Of a DNA stretch of 42,324 nt, positions 16,840-25,567 are shown one piece after another. The position numbers and the translations under genes are program-made. Location: the IMG/VR virus record IMGVR_UViG_3300032212_000037, positions 1 to 42,324 of that record. One strand, 5' to 3'. Each line of letters begins with the position of its first letter. Position 1 is the stretch's first letter. The DNA is from a virus. Taxonomy: Duplodnaviria; Caudoviricetes. Below the pieces are notes generated by a model. That model made no database searches, had not been told where the DNA came from, and saw only the letters and a list, made by a program, of their open reading frames with translations.

Positions 16840-18395
16840 GCCAAGTCTTCACGGTCGACGACACCTATCAGGATGTCGACTACACGTCCAGCTTCGTCAC
16901 AGCCGACGCAAACGAGCGCGTGTCGATGTTCTACCCCGAGGGGTCGCCATCGGATTACGGCTGGTCTGGTAGCGTCTGGCCCTGCCTGACGTGGGTTGAG
17001 AACAGCGGTTTCTCTGACGGGTCGATCCCGACAGAGATCACGGGTCCGGCAAACACCCTGTGGCACTTCCTGGTTCGAGGGATCGCTGTAGCCTACGCCA
17101 CTACGGTCCAGGTCGAGAACGAAGGCAGCGGCGGCCCCAACGGCGCTGGCGTGTTCCGCCCCCCTGGCGAGACCGACCCGAACTACGATCAGTGGTCGGA
17201 CGGGGACTATCCCTGCACGCAGAAATCGTGCATCCACCTGATCCAGTACCTCAAGGACCAGGCAGCCTCTCTGCTGATCGATCCCGACATGATCTGCATG
17301 GGGGGGCGATCGGGCGGGTCGATGGGCCCGAGCTGGTGCGGCCTGGGGACTGACTGGAGCACCTATACGGGATCCAGCGGCCAGTTCCGAGCGGGGATCA
17401 GCACTCGACCGGCAGCCGTGATCTCGATGCAGTCGCACGCATGGATTCGGGCTTTCGTCACGTCGCAGGCGTTCAAGGTGCTGCCGAGCTCAAGTTCGCC
17501 CCTGACGAACTACGCGAACACGATCTCGGCGTCTCCGTCCTCGCCTGACGTGGCTAAGGAGACATCCTCGATGTACTTCGGTTTCGACGAAACGAAGTAT
17601 CCCGGGGTTCAGGCCCTCAACGCCACGCAGCCGATCTACCTGTACTCGACGGACGACATCGGGGTTAACAAGTTCATCCTTGATGGCGACGACCTCCCGT
17701 TGCTCACGAACACGCTCGAGGACGACCATGATGGATGGTTCCTGGCCGTGCTCTGGCACAGGCTCCTGATCCTCGACGAGTCGTTCCACGCGCGCCGCTC
17801 GCGCATGATGTTTACGCAGGGGAAGGAGCCCTCGCAGGCGGCTGTTCCGTACGTGCGGAGTATGCCGAACATCCAGGACATATACGCCGATATGGCGGAA
17901 TGGTTCCTGGGTATCGCGCAGTCGCAGCCTTACGACGAGCCCGTAAGCGAGAAGATCATCCGCAACGTCGAGACCACCCTGCTGGGGATCGACAAGGGGA
18001 CGGGCTACTTCACCACGGTCCGCAGCGTTTCGCGCGATGACGTGGCGACCGTCGACACAAGCAAGGCCCCGCTGGCCGTAGTCCTCCCCACGTCAACCGA
18101 CATGGACGGGGTGAGCGAGACGCTCACGTCCACGATTCGCCATGAGATGCGCTGCATGGTCGGGCTGGTTCTCAAGGACCGCTCGGATGCTGTGCGCGAC
18201 ATGGAGCGATTCATTCGTGACGCGACCGAGGCTCTCTACTCAGACCGGACCCGCGCGGGCCTGGCAACCAATACCGTCGTCCAGGGCGTGACCCGGACCT
18301 ACCCTGAAGGCGATCAGTCGGCCGTGTATGTCGCATGGCTCGAGGTCGTTATCAACTTCCGCACCGAGGAGGCCGACCTTTCGGCGGCCGTCTAA
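16836..18395 (+). CDS. Alpha/beta-hydrolase (esterase-like) fused to a tail terminator domain
   Basis: IDPDMICMGGRSGG nucleophile elbow (Ser159), HDGWF (His298); C-terminal ~150 aa (EKIIRNVETTLLGI..GTGYFTTV...DRTRAGLA) terminator-like and immediately before the tail tube gene. Confidence 0.7.
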   Translation: MSQVFTVDDTYQDVDYTSSFVTADANERVSMFYPEGSPSDYGWSGSVWPCLTWVENSGFSDGSIPTEITGPANTLWHFLVRGIAVAYATTVQVENEGSGGPNGAGVFRPPGETDPNYDQWSDGDYPCTQKSCIHLIQYLKDQAASLLIDPDMICMGGRSGGSMGPSWCGLGTDWSTYTGSSGQFRAGISTRPAAVISMQSHAWIRAFVTSQAFKVLPSSSSPLTNYANTISASPSSPDVAKETSSMYFGFDETKYPGVQALNATQPIYLYSTDDIGVNKFILDGDDLPLLTNTLEDDHDGWFLAVLWHRLLILDESFHARRSRMMFTQGKEPSQAAVPYVRSMPNIQDIYADMAEWFLGIAQSQPYDEPVSEKIIRNVETTLLGIDKGTGYFTTVRSVSRDDVATVDTSKAPLAVVLPTSTDMDGVSETLTSTIRHEMRCMVGLVLKDRSDAVRDMERFIRDATEALYSDRTRAGLATNTVVQGVTRTYPEGDQSAVYVAWLEVVINFRTEEADLSAAV

Positions 18396-18398
18396 CCA

Positions 18399-19631
18399 AT
18401 GGTCAAGCTGCACCACATTCGGCAACTCGCCGTAAAGTCCGAGACAACCTCCGGCGAGGGCGTGGCTGAAACCTCGTTCGCCGCTACCGATCTTGTCCGC
18501 GTCGCCGAGCTGACTCTCGATCAGCGCCCGAACGCTTACGAGCGTCCGCTGCACACGGGCGGCTTCGGCTACGTCCCGAGGCACTACGCCACGGGCACCT
18601 GCGAGCTGTCCTTCGTCGTCGAGATGGCGGGCAACTCCGACAACGCGGGGGGCACCTGGAGCAGCACGCCGAAGTTTGGAACGCTGCTCAAGGGCTGCGG
18701 CATGTTCCAGCGCGCCACCCTGGCGGTCGATCTGACGGGCGCGATCACTGGCGGCCCGTTCCAAGCCGGCGAGACGATCACGGGCGGCACGTCTGCGAAC
18801 ACCGCCGCGATTACGTCCGATGTCTACACGGGCGCCACTCAGATTTCCGTCCACACGATCTCGGGGGCGTTCACGTCTGGCGAGGAGTTGACCGGATCGA
18901 CCTCGGGCGCAACCGTCGATGTCGGCGCCACCGAGCTGGGCGCAAACCAAAACGGCTACTTCTGGCGCCCGCTGACCGAGGAGACATCGAACCAGTCCAT
19001 GACGATTCGCCTCTACAACGACGGCGATCTGATTACGGTCTACGGCGCTCGAGGAACGGTGGACGTGGACTGCCAGAGCCAGGACATCGGCAAACTTCGG
19101 TTCACGATTCAGGGCATCTACAGCTCCACGACCGCGACCGCGCTGCTCGACGACACGGCTACCGGGGCCTTCGATGACCTGACCCCGCCCGCATTTGTGA
19201 ACGTTACGGCGACCCTCAACGACGGCACCACGTCGACCACACCGAAGTTTACCGAGCTGCAGCTGTCGCTCGGCAACAACGTTGCGATGCGCAAGAACGC
19301 CAACTCGGCTTCGGGCTGGCAGGCTGCCGTAATCGCCAACCGGACCCCATCGGGCCGGATCAACCCTGACGACCCGGGGGCGACCGCGCACGACTTCCGC
19401 GACGCAGTGAACGCCGGAACCCGCTTCCGCCTCGGCGCGAGCTGGGGAACGTCCGAGCACAACCGTTTCGAGATCAAGTGTCCCGCGATCGAGTTCGATT
19501 CGCTGGGCGACTCGGAACGGGACGAGGTGCAGAGCTTCGACGGCAACTTCCGCGTTACGCGGGGGTTCGAGTACGGGGCCGACGACAACAGCCCCTGCAC
19601 CGATCAAGAACTTCTGATCTTCCACACCTGA
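18399..19631 (+). CDS. Major tail tube protein with inserted repeat domain
   Basis: LAVKSETT, ELSFVVEM, GTLLKGCG, VYGARG, LSLGNNV; position before chaperone and tape measure. Confidence 0.85.
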   Translation: MVKLHHIRQLAVKSETTSGEGVAETSFAATDLVRVAELTLDQRPNAYERPLHTGGFGYVPRHYATGTCELSFVVEMAGNSDNAGGTWSSTPKFGTLLKGCGMFQRATLAVDLTGAITGGPFQAGETITGGTSANTAAITSDVYTGATQISVHTISGAFTSGEELTGSTSGATVDVGATELGANQNGYFWRPLTEETSNQSMTIRLYNDGDLITVYGARGTVDVDCQSQDIGKLRFTIQGIYSSTTATALLDDTATGAFDDLTPPAFVNVTATLNDGTTSTTPKFTELQLSLGNNVAMRKNANSASGWQAAVIANRTPSGRINPDDPGATAHDFRDAVNAGTRFRLGASWGTSEHNRFEIKCPAIEFDSLGDSERDEVQSFDGNFRVTRGFEYGADDNSPCTDQELLIFHT

Positions 19632-19650
19632 GCTAGAGAGGGCTCAACCC

Positions 19651-20061
19651 ATGGCGATTGCTCAAGACCCGAGCGAAACCTTCGAGTACGTGCTGCGCTG
19701 CGACCGTGGCCTCGTCGCGGATGTCCAAACTATTTGGACGTTGCGGGGGCTGCGGCACAAGGACCGTGTGGCCGTCGAGGATTCGGTCATGTCGACGAGT
19801 GGGGACGGTCAGTTCTCGTTTCGCACAGGCTCGCAGCGGACCACCATCCTGCTGCGGGGCATCGTGTCCGTGGCGAACTTCAAGGACTCCCGGGGCGTTC
19901 CGATCGTGGCTGAGAAGGCCAACAGGGACCGCATCCAGGAGTCGTTCCTAGATCACGTCCACCCCGACCACCAAACGGAGCTCGCCAACGTCATCGACAA
20001 CGGCGGCCCGCTCGAGGAGCCGGAGTCGGCCGCAGTCGTAACCGAGTCGGACGGGGACTGA
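19651..20061 (+). CDS. Tail assembly chaperone (gpG equivalent)
   Basis: Lies between tube and tape measure genes; 136 aa. Confidence 0.75.
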   Translation: MAIAQDPSETFEYVLRCDRGLVADVQTIWTLRGLRHKDRVAVEDSVMSTSGDGQFSFRTGSQRTTILLRGIVSVANFKDSRGVPIVAEKANRDRIQESFLDHVHPDHQTELANVIDNGGPLEEPESAAVVTESDGD

Positions 20062-20531
20062 TCCGGGCGGCGGTCCAACGGGCCTGGGGTGAAAAGCTCC
20101 CCGACTGCCGCCTATGCCAGAGGCCCGAGGGAAGCCAGTTCCGTGAACGATTCGGATGCACAGACGACGCCCCTGAGCCGGTCTTCTCGATCGGCTGCAC
20201 CCGATGCCTCGGGGGGGACGCTTCGTGCGAAAAGTGCGGTGGGGATGGCGCGGTGCCCCGGTATCGGTGCCCCGGCTCCCTGCTGCGCTTCCAGTCCAAC
20301 GTGGCCGCGTTCCTGGACAGCTACGCCCGATACGTCGAGCACGGCACGCTCCCGGCAGAGGGCGCGTGGGGCGACCAGTCGGCGAGCTGGGTTCACGCGG
20401 TACGGATCGCGGACGACGAGCGCGGGCGCATCGAGCGCAACCGCCAGGACGAGCGCGAGAAGGAGCGGCGGGCGGCTGAGGTCAAGGCCGAAGCCCAACG
20501 AAGGACCCAAGCCTATGGGAGCCGCCGCTAA
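20058..20531 (+). CDS. gpT-equivalent ORF, probably expressed by -1 frameshift; Cys-rich
   Basis: -1 frame open from 19914 to 20531 with no ATG; HGTLPAEGAWGDQS motif; three CxxC pairs. Confidence 0.65.
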   Translation: MIRAAVQRAWGEKLPDCRLCQRPEGSQFRERFGCTDDAPEPVFSIGCTRCLGGDASCEKCGGDGAVPRYRCPGSLLRFQSNVAAFLDSYARYVEHGTLPAEGAWGDQSASWVHAVRIADDERGRIERNRQDEREKERRAAEVKAEAQRRTQAYGSRR

Positions 20532-22663
20532 TGGCTGACACGAAGGAGGAGCTGCTGATCGTTGCCCGGTTGAAGGACCAGGTAACGCCCAACCTGAACA
20601 AGATTGACCGGGCCACCCACGTCTGGGGTCGCCGGATGCGCGTCATCTGGAACGGCCTGGCTGCGGGCGCTCGCAAGTTCTGGTCTGCCCTGACGAGCAT
20701 CAAGACGCTCATGGCCGGCTTCATCGCCGCCGCTGCGATCGGGGGGATGCTCAACCTGGCGCGTGGGATGTCCGAGGCTGCGGCGGCGGCTGAGGAGTTG
20801 GACGCTCGGTTCTCCGTCTTGTTCGGTGAACGGACCGGAGAGGCGGCCGAGTTCGCGGACGCCCTGGCGACCGGCATCGGCCGTGGCCGCCAGCAGATGC
20901 GCGCCATGCTGGCCGAGTCGCGGACGTTCTTCGGGGCCATGCGCGGGCTGTCGGAAGACACGGCGGACCGCCTGGCCGAGAACGCCACCCAGTTCGCGCT
21001 GGACCTGGCGTCCTTCTACGACCAGGACGACCTGGAGACCCTGCGGCTGTTCCGATCGGCGCTCGTCGGCAACGCGGAAGCCCTGGACCGCTTCGGCGTC
21101 CGGGTCCTGGAATCCGACATCGCCACGAACGACTTCGTGGTCGCCCTCAAGGACTTGGGCGGCGAGATCGGCAACGACGAGAAGGCGCTCGCCCGGTTCG
21201 AGGAGATCACCAGCAAGCTTCAGTTTGCCATCGGCAACGCGGCGCGCGAGTCCGACAACTTCACCAGCCGCATGAAGTTCCTGCGGGGCTCCGTGGAGGA
21301 TGTCCGCGTGGAGTTCGGCGCCAAGCTGAACAAGGCCATTGTGGACGGCCTGTCGGACGCTGGGGGCATCGAACGGCTCCAGGGCGTGCTCCGCGTCATG
21401 TTCGCGACGATCGCCGAGGGTGCGGGCGCTGCGGCGCGTGGTGCGCTCGAGGCCGGTAACCAGATCGCGACCTGGATCGAGCGGATGGGCGGGCCTGATG
21501 GGGTGATTGCATCCATCGGCGCGGCCGGCGAGGGCGCGACCAGCCGGGTCCGCCTCGGCGTGCTCGAGCTGAGCCTGGCCCTTGAGAGCGCCGGGGATGT
21601 CGTCGGGAAGCTGATGCGCGTGGGCGATCCGCTGGGGCTTCGGACCAAAGCTGCCGACATGGCCGGTGGGGCCTTGGTCGGGGGAGATGACCGGGCCGCA
21701 CTCAAGGCCCAGATGCAGGCCGTTCAGGAGTTCCAGCAGGTGCTCGTCGATACGGTCAACCTCCAGCGGGAGTTCCGACTCGGCCAGGCCGATCCCGGCG
21801 CGGTCAACCCGCTGTCGGGGAACACGCGCGGCGCGGACGCCAAGGCGCTCATGGCCGCCACGGTCGCGGCGCTCGCCGAGGAGACGGACAAGCTCGAACA
21901 GCTCAAGGCCCGCCTGAGCCCGACCGTGGTCGAGATCGTCAAGCTCGAGATGGAGCTCGCGGGCGAGGGCACCGTGGGCGCCAAGCCCGCTGGCGGCCTC
22001 ACAGGCAAGGCCCGCGACCAGGCCGATGCGCTCGACTACCTGTCCGCCAAGTGGGCCGAGTTCTCCGCGAACCTCTCGCAAGCCCAGCGCGAAACGCTGG
22101 AGGCCAAGAAGGGCGTTGAGGATGTCGGAGACGCCGCAGTCGAAGCCGGCGCCAAGTTCGACAGCGTGAAGCGCGGGGCGGTCCAGGGGCTCGTCTCCAG
22201 CCTGTTCGATGTCGGCCAGGGCGCGCGGTCCGCGAAGGATGCGCTGCTGTCCCTGCTCGCACTCACGGCCGAGCGAGCGGTCTCCACGTCCGTCCTGTCG
22301 GCCTTCGGCTTCGCAGACGGCGGCATCATCCCAGGCGGTCTCGGCAACGCCATGCCCGTCCACGGCTACGCCAACGGCGGCGCGGTCTTCAATAAGCCCC
22401 ACGTGGCCGTCATCGGCGAGGGCCGCTACAACGAAGCTGCGGTCCCGCTCCCCGATGGGCGCAGGATTCCGGTCGACCTCGGCGGCACCGGCGGCGAGGG
22501 CGGCGGCTCCACGTCGGTCAACTTCACGGTGAACGCGGTCGACGCCGGATCCGTGCTCGACCTCCTGGCGAACCAGGGCGAGGGCCTTGCCGCGATCATC
22601 GCGCAGCAGTTCTCGGCCAGCCCGGTCTTCCGCGCGCAGATCAGCGGGGGCGGGCTGTCTTGA
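20531..22663 (+). CDS. Tape measure protein (710 aa)
   Basis: Ala-rich helical; ALDLASFYD, SALVGNAEALDRFGV; C-terminal FADGG/YANGG...IGEG..EAAVPL. Confidence 0.92.
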   Translation: MADTKEELLIVARLKDQVTPNLNKIDRATHVWGRRMRVIWNGLAAGARKFWSALTSIKTLMAGFIAAAAIGGMLNLARGMSEAAAAAEELDARFSVLFGERTGEAAEFADALATGIGRGRQQMRAMLAESRTFFGAMRGLSEDTADRLAENATQFALDLASFYDQDDLETLRLFRSALVGNAEALDRFGVRVLESDIATNDFVVALKDLGGEIGNDEKALARFEEITSKLQFAIGNAARESDNFTSRMKFLRGSVEDVRVEFGAKLNKAIVDGLSDAGGIERLQGVLRVMFATIAEGAGAAARGALEAGNQIATWIERMGGPDGVIASIGAAGEGATSRVRLGVLELSLALESAGDVVGKLMRVGDPLGLRTKAADMAGGALVGGDDRAALKAQMQAVQEFQQVLVDTVNLQREFRLGQADPGAVNPLSGNTRGADAKALMAATVAALAEETDKLEQLKARLSPTVVEIVKLEMELAGEGTVGAKPAGGLTGKARDQADALDYLSAKWAEFSANLSQAQRETLEAKKGVEDVGDAAVEAGAKFDSVKRGAVQGLVSSLFDVGQGARSAKDALLSLLALTAERAVSTSVLSAFGFADGGIIPGGLGNAMPVHGYANGGAVFNKPHVAVIGEGRYNEAAVPLPDGRRIPVDLGGTGGEGGGSTSVNFTVNAVDAGSVLDLLANQGEGLAAIIAQQFSASPVFRAQISGGGLS

Positions 22664-24579
22664 CGCAGGTCTGGGATCGCACGGACGAGTTTGATACCAG
22701 CCCCAGCTTCGGCGATCGGGTGCTGGGCTATCTGCCCGTTGTGCCGTCCTCATCGTTCACCTACGGGCGCCTGTGCGACTTCGACGGCGATGGCGAACCC
22801 TACGCCAACGGACTGGACGGCGCGGCCCCAGACGCTCCCGTGGCGTTCGTGTGGCGCGAGCAGAGCCTGACGAGCCAAGAGGCGGAGCTGTGGAGCTACA
22901 ACTCGGCGACGTTCCTGCCCTCAACGTCGATCACCACGGGCCGGTTCGGGGTCCTGGCCCGATGCCAGAACGGAACGCTGGCGGGGACCAGCTCGCAGAA
23001 CATCCGGCTGGGGAGCGCGGACTGCTATGCATTCACGCTCGAGAGCGCCTATCCGTCGACCACGGTCACGTTCAAGGTGTCCCGGTTCAACTCAGGGACC
23101 GAGACGGTCCTACAGACTATCGGGTTCAGCGCAGCCGCCCCCCTGAACATCGACCTTGGCAAGCCCGTTGGGATGTTGATTCGCGTGGTCGACTCCGGTG
23201 GAAACCCGGTCATCACCAGCACGATCACGAACATCACCCTGGGGTCGGCCCAGTTTACGGGGGTCGTGCTGTTCACCCCGTACACGGACAGCTCGGGGTC
23301 CAAGCTGACCGGCGCGGGGTGGCCCGGCTTCATCTGCGGCCAGGATCGCAACGACATCAGTCTAGGCGGGCCGCTGACCGCCGACATCAAGCACAAGCTA
23401 GCCTCGTTCGAGGTCACGGACGGGTCGGGAACCATCCTGCACCGCGACGAGTGGCAGCGAGCGTTCCCCACGCTGTCGCTCCAGGGGACGGACGACTTCG
23501 GCCAGGCCGGGGCTTGCGTGCAGTCGGTCATGGTCGGTGACCTGTACGGCGCCAGCAGCTACGCGAACACCTTCCTGGAGGCGGGCACCAACACGACGGA
23601 CGCCGCCGAGTACAACCCGGCCAGCGGCTCCCAGACGCTCAAGTATTGCCCCAGCCAGCGCGCAGCCGACGACAACTACCGCGCGGCCCCCGAGGTTGAG
23701 TTTGACTTCTCGGCCACGGGCTCCGGCGCCACGGCTATGGGCGTCATCGCCAGGGCGCAGGGCACGCACACGGGGACGACGGACTGGACCGGCGTCAAGG
23801 GCTACCTGTTGCTGCTCGAATACACGGGGTCGGCGTTCTCGCTCGAGCTGTACCGGCTCGAGGGCACGCAGGATGTCCTGCTGGCGAGCATGACTCCCAG
23901 CGTCGGCCTCGGCACCCAGACCACGCTGGGGCTCAAGTGCCAGCCGGTATCGAACACGTTCCTCTCTGGCCCCGTGGAGCTGACCGCGTACATCGGCGGC
24001 GTGCAGCAAACGCTGGTAATCGCCACGCCCAACCCGACAGGCGTCACAGTCGCGGGCGGCATCGTGACCGACTCCAGCACAAGCCGAATCCAGCAGGGAT
24101 TCGGCGAGGCGCTTGCCTTCGATACCAGCTCGACCCGTCGAATCACGCTCTACACCTGGGACGAGGGCAGCTATGCGGCGGGCGTGCTCCCGCCCGAGGA
24201 TCAGGCCAGCATCGTCTTCGCTGGCGAGGGCTCATCGGGAGCCACCCTGACGGTCAACCTCGCCAGCCCGATTCAGGTCGCTTCCGACTGGTACACGGCT
24301 CGCACGAAGTTTGACAGCGGGCATACCAAGGCCCGCGCCACGAAGTCGCAGGGCCGCAAGGTCTGGCCGAGCCTCCAGACCATCGCCCTGTCCACGTCCG
24401 AGCGTGACTCCCTGCTGGCCTTCTGGCGAGCTCGGGAGGGCGGCGTGGAGCCGTTCACCTGGACGAATCCGCAGGACGAGACGGCATACGTCGTCCGGTT
24501 CATGCCAGGGTCGTACCGCGAGGCCGAGCAGTTCCTAGGCGTCTGGACTGTCCAGTTCGGGCTGGAGGAAGTGCTCTAG
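22660..24579 (+). CDS. Enlarged distal tail protein: N-terminal beta-sandwich domains plus C-terminal gpM/DUF2460-like domain
   Basis: C-terminal FDSG...LLAFWRAREGGVEPFTWTNP..YVVRF...LEEVL; S/T/G-rich beta region upstream. Confidence 0.7.
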   Translation: MTQVWDRTDEFDTSPSFGDRVLGYLPVVPSSSFTYGRLCDFDGDGEPYANGLDGAAPDAPVAFVWREQSLTSQEAELWSYNSATFLPSTSITTGRFGVLARCQNGTLAGTSSQNIRLGSADCYAFTLESAYPSTTVTFKVSRFNSGTETVLQTIGFSAAAPLNIDLGKPVGMLIRVVDSGGNPVITSTITNITLGSAQFTGVVLFTPYTDSSGSKLTGAGWPGFICGQDRNDISLGGPLTADIKHKLASFEVTDGSGTILHRDEWQRAFPTLSLQGTDDFGQAGACVQSVMVGDLYGASSYANTFLEAGTNTTDAAEYNPASGSQTLKYCPSQRAADDNYRAAPEVEFDFSATGSGATAMGVIARAQGTHTGTTDWTGVKGYLLLLEYTGSAFSLELYRLEGTQDVLLASMTPSVGLGTQTTLGLKCQPVSNTFLSGPVELTAYIGGVQQTLVIATPNPTGVTVAGGIVTDSSTSRIQQGFGEALAFDTSSTRRITLYTWDEGSYAAGVLPPEDQASIVFAGEGSSGATLTVNLASPIQVASDWYTARTKFDSGHTKARATKSQGRKVWPSLQTIALSTSERDSLLAFWRAREGGVEPFTWTNPQDETAYVVRFMPGSYREAEQFLGVWTVQFGLEEVL

Positions 24580-25217
24580 TGGCGAACCCGTTCACCCCGG
24601 CGCAGCACGCCGAAGCAAACCAGACCGAGAGCCCGAACCCGTTCCTGTGGCTGTTCGAGGTCGAGGTCCCGACCGATCCGATCACGCGGGCGCGCGTGGC
24701 TGGCTTCGATACCGACGTCGCCTTCGGCACAGACAGCTCTGGCGACGACGTGACCTATTACGCGGGCGAGCTGTCCCTGTCGCAGATCCGCGAGGCTGGC
24801 GACGGGTCGACCCCCAAGCTAGGCGTGGGGCTGTCCAACGTCTCGCAGGAGTGGCAGGCGCTCCTGGAGGCCCACGCTGGCCTCGTCGGACAACCGGCGC
24901 GGCTGATGCTCGTCAACTACGGAACGCTCGAAGCCGGCGCTTACCTCCAATACGACTCCGAGGTTATCTCGGTTGAGTCCGACGCTCGTCGGGTCAATTT
25001 CGAGATGGGCAACTTCAACCTGACGAACCAGAAGGTGCCCGACACCCGCGCCATGCGGAACTTCTGCCGCTTCCGGTACAAGGGTCCGAGGTGCGGCTAC
25101 ACGGGCGCCACGGCCGACTGTGACAAGACTTTGAACGGAGCCAACGGCTGCACCGCGCATTCCAACTCCGACCGATTCGGCGGCTTCCCCGCGATCCCGA
25201 AGGTCGGAGGTATCTAG
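24579..25217 (+). CDS. Lambda gpL-like minor tail protein
   Basis: LFEV; C-terminal CRFRYKGPRCGY...CDKT...C...RFGGFP four-Cys motif. Confidence 0.9.
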   Translation: MANPFTPAQHAEANQTESPNPFLWLFEVEVPTDPITRARVAGFDTDVAFGTDSSGDDVTYYAGELSLSQIREAGDGSTPKLGVGLSNVSQEWQALLEAHAGLVGQPARLMLVNYGTLEAGAYLQYDSEVISVESDARRVNFEMGNFNLTNQKVPDTRAMRNFCRFRYKGPRCGYTGATADCDKTLNGANGCTAHSNSDRFGGFPAIPKVGGI

Positions 25218-25567
25218 TGGCTGCGGTGCGCTACACGGACCTGATCGGCAAGCCTTTCGAGCACGGCGGCGAGGGCCCCGACTCGTACTCATGCCGAGGC
25301 GTTGCGCTGGAGATCCTGCGTCGCATGGGCAAGACCGTGGATTACAGGGCCTTCATCACGCCCAACGGCCGCGATGTCTGGGATGGCGTCGATGGCGCCC
25401 TGATGCCAGGCGATCTGATCGCCAGCCGGAACGAGAAGGGGCTCCACGTCGACATCGTTCTCGACCCGAAGCGCAAGTCGGCCATCACGTCATGCGAGGG
25501 CCTCGGGGTGTGCGTCCGCAACATCGACAGCATCGGCGGGCGGCTGGGGGTCTACAGGCTCAAGTGA
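25217..25567 (+). CDS. gpK-like NlpC/P60 tail assembly protein
   Basis: DLIGKPF..GG.GPDSYSC.G and HV motifs; lies between L and J. Confidence 0.8.
   Translation: MAAVRYTDLIGKPFEHGGEGPDSYSCRGVALEILRRMGKTVDYRAFITPNGRDVWDGVDGALMPGDLIASRNEKGLHVDIVLDPKRKSAITSCEGLGVCVRNIDSIGGRLGVYRLK

Noticed and set aside
20528-22753. 741-aa antisense ORF, and similar long minus-strand ORFs at 18240..19625, 144..1298 and 8549..9475
   Set aside because: Shadows of GC3-biased sense genes; no motifs
25217-25567. NlpC/P60 protein as the endolysin
   Set aside because: Position between gpL and gpJ and small size fit a gpK tail assembly protein
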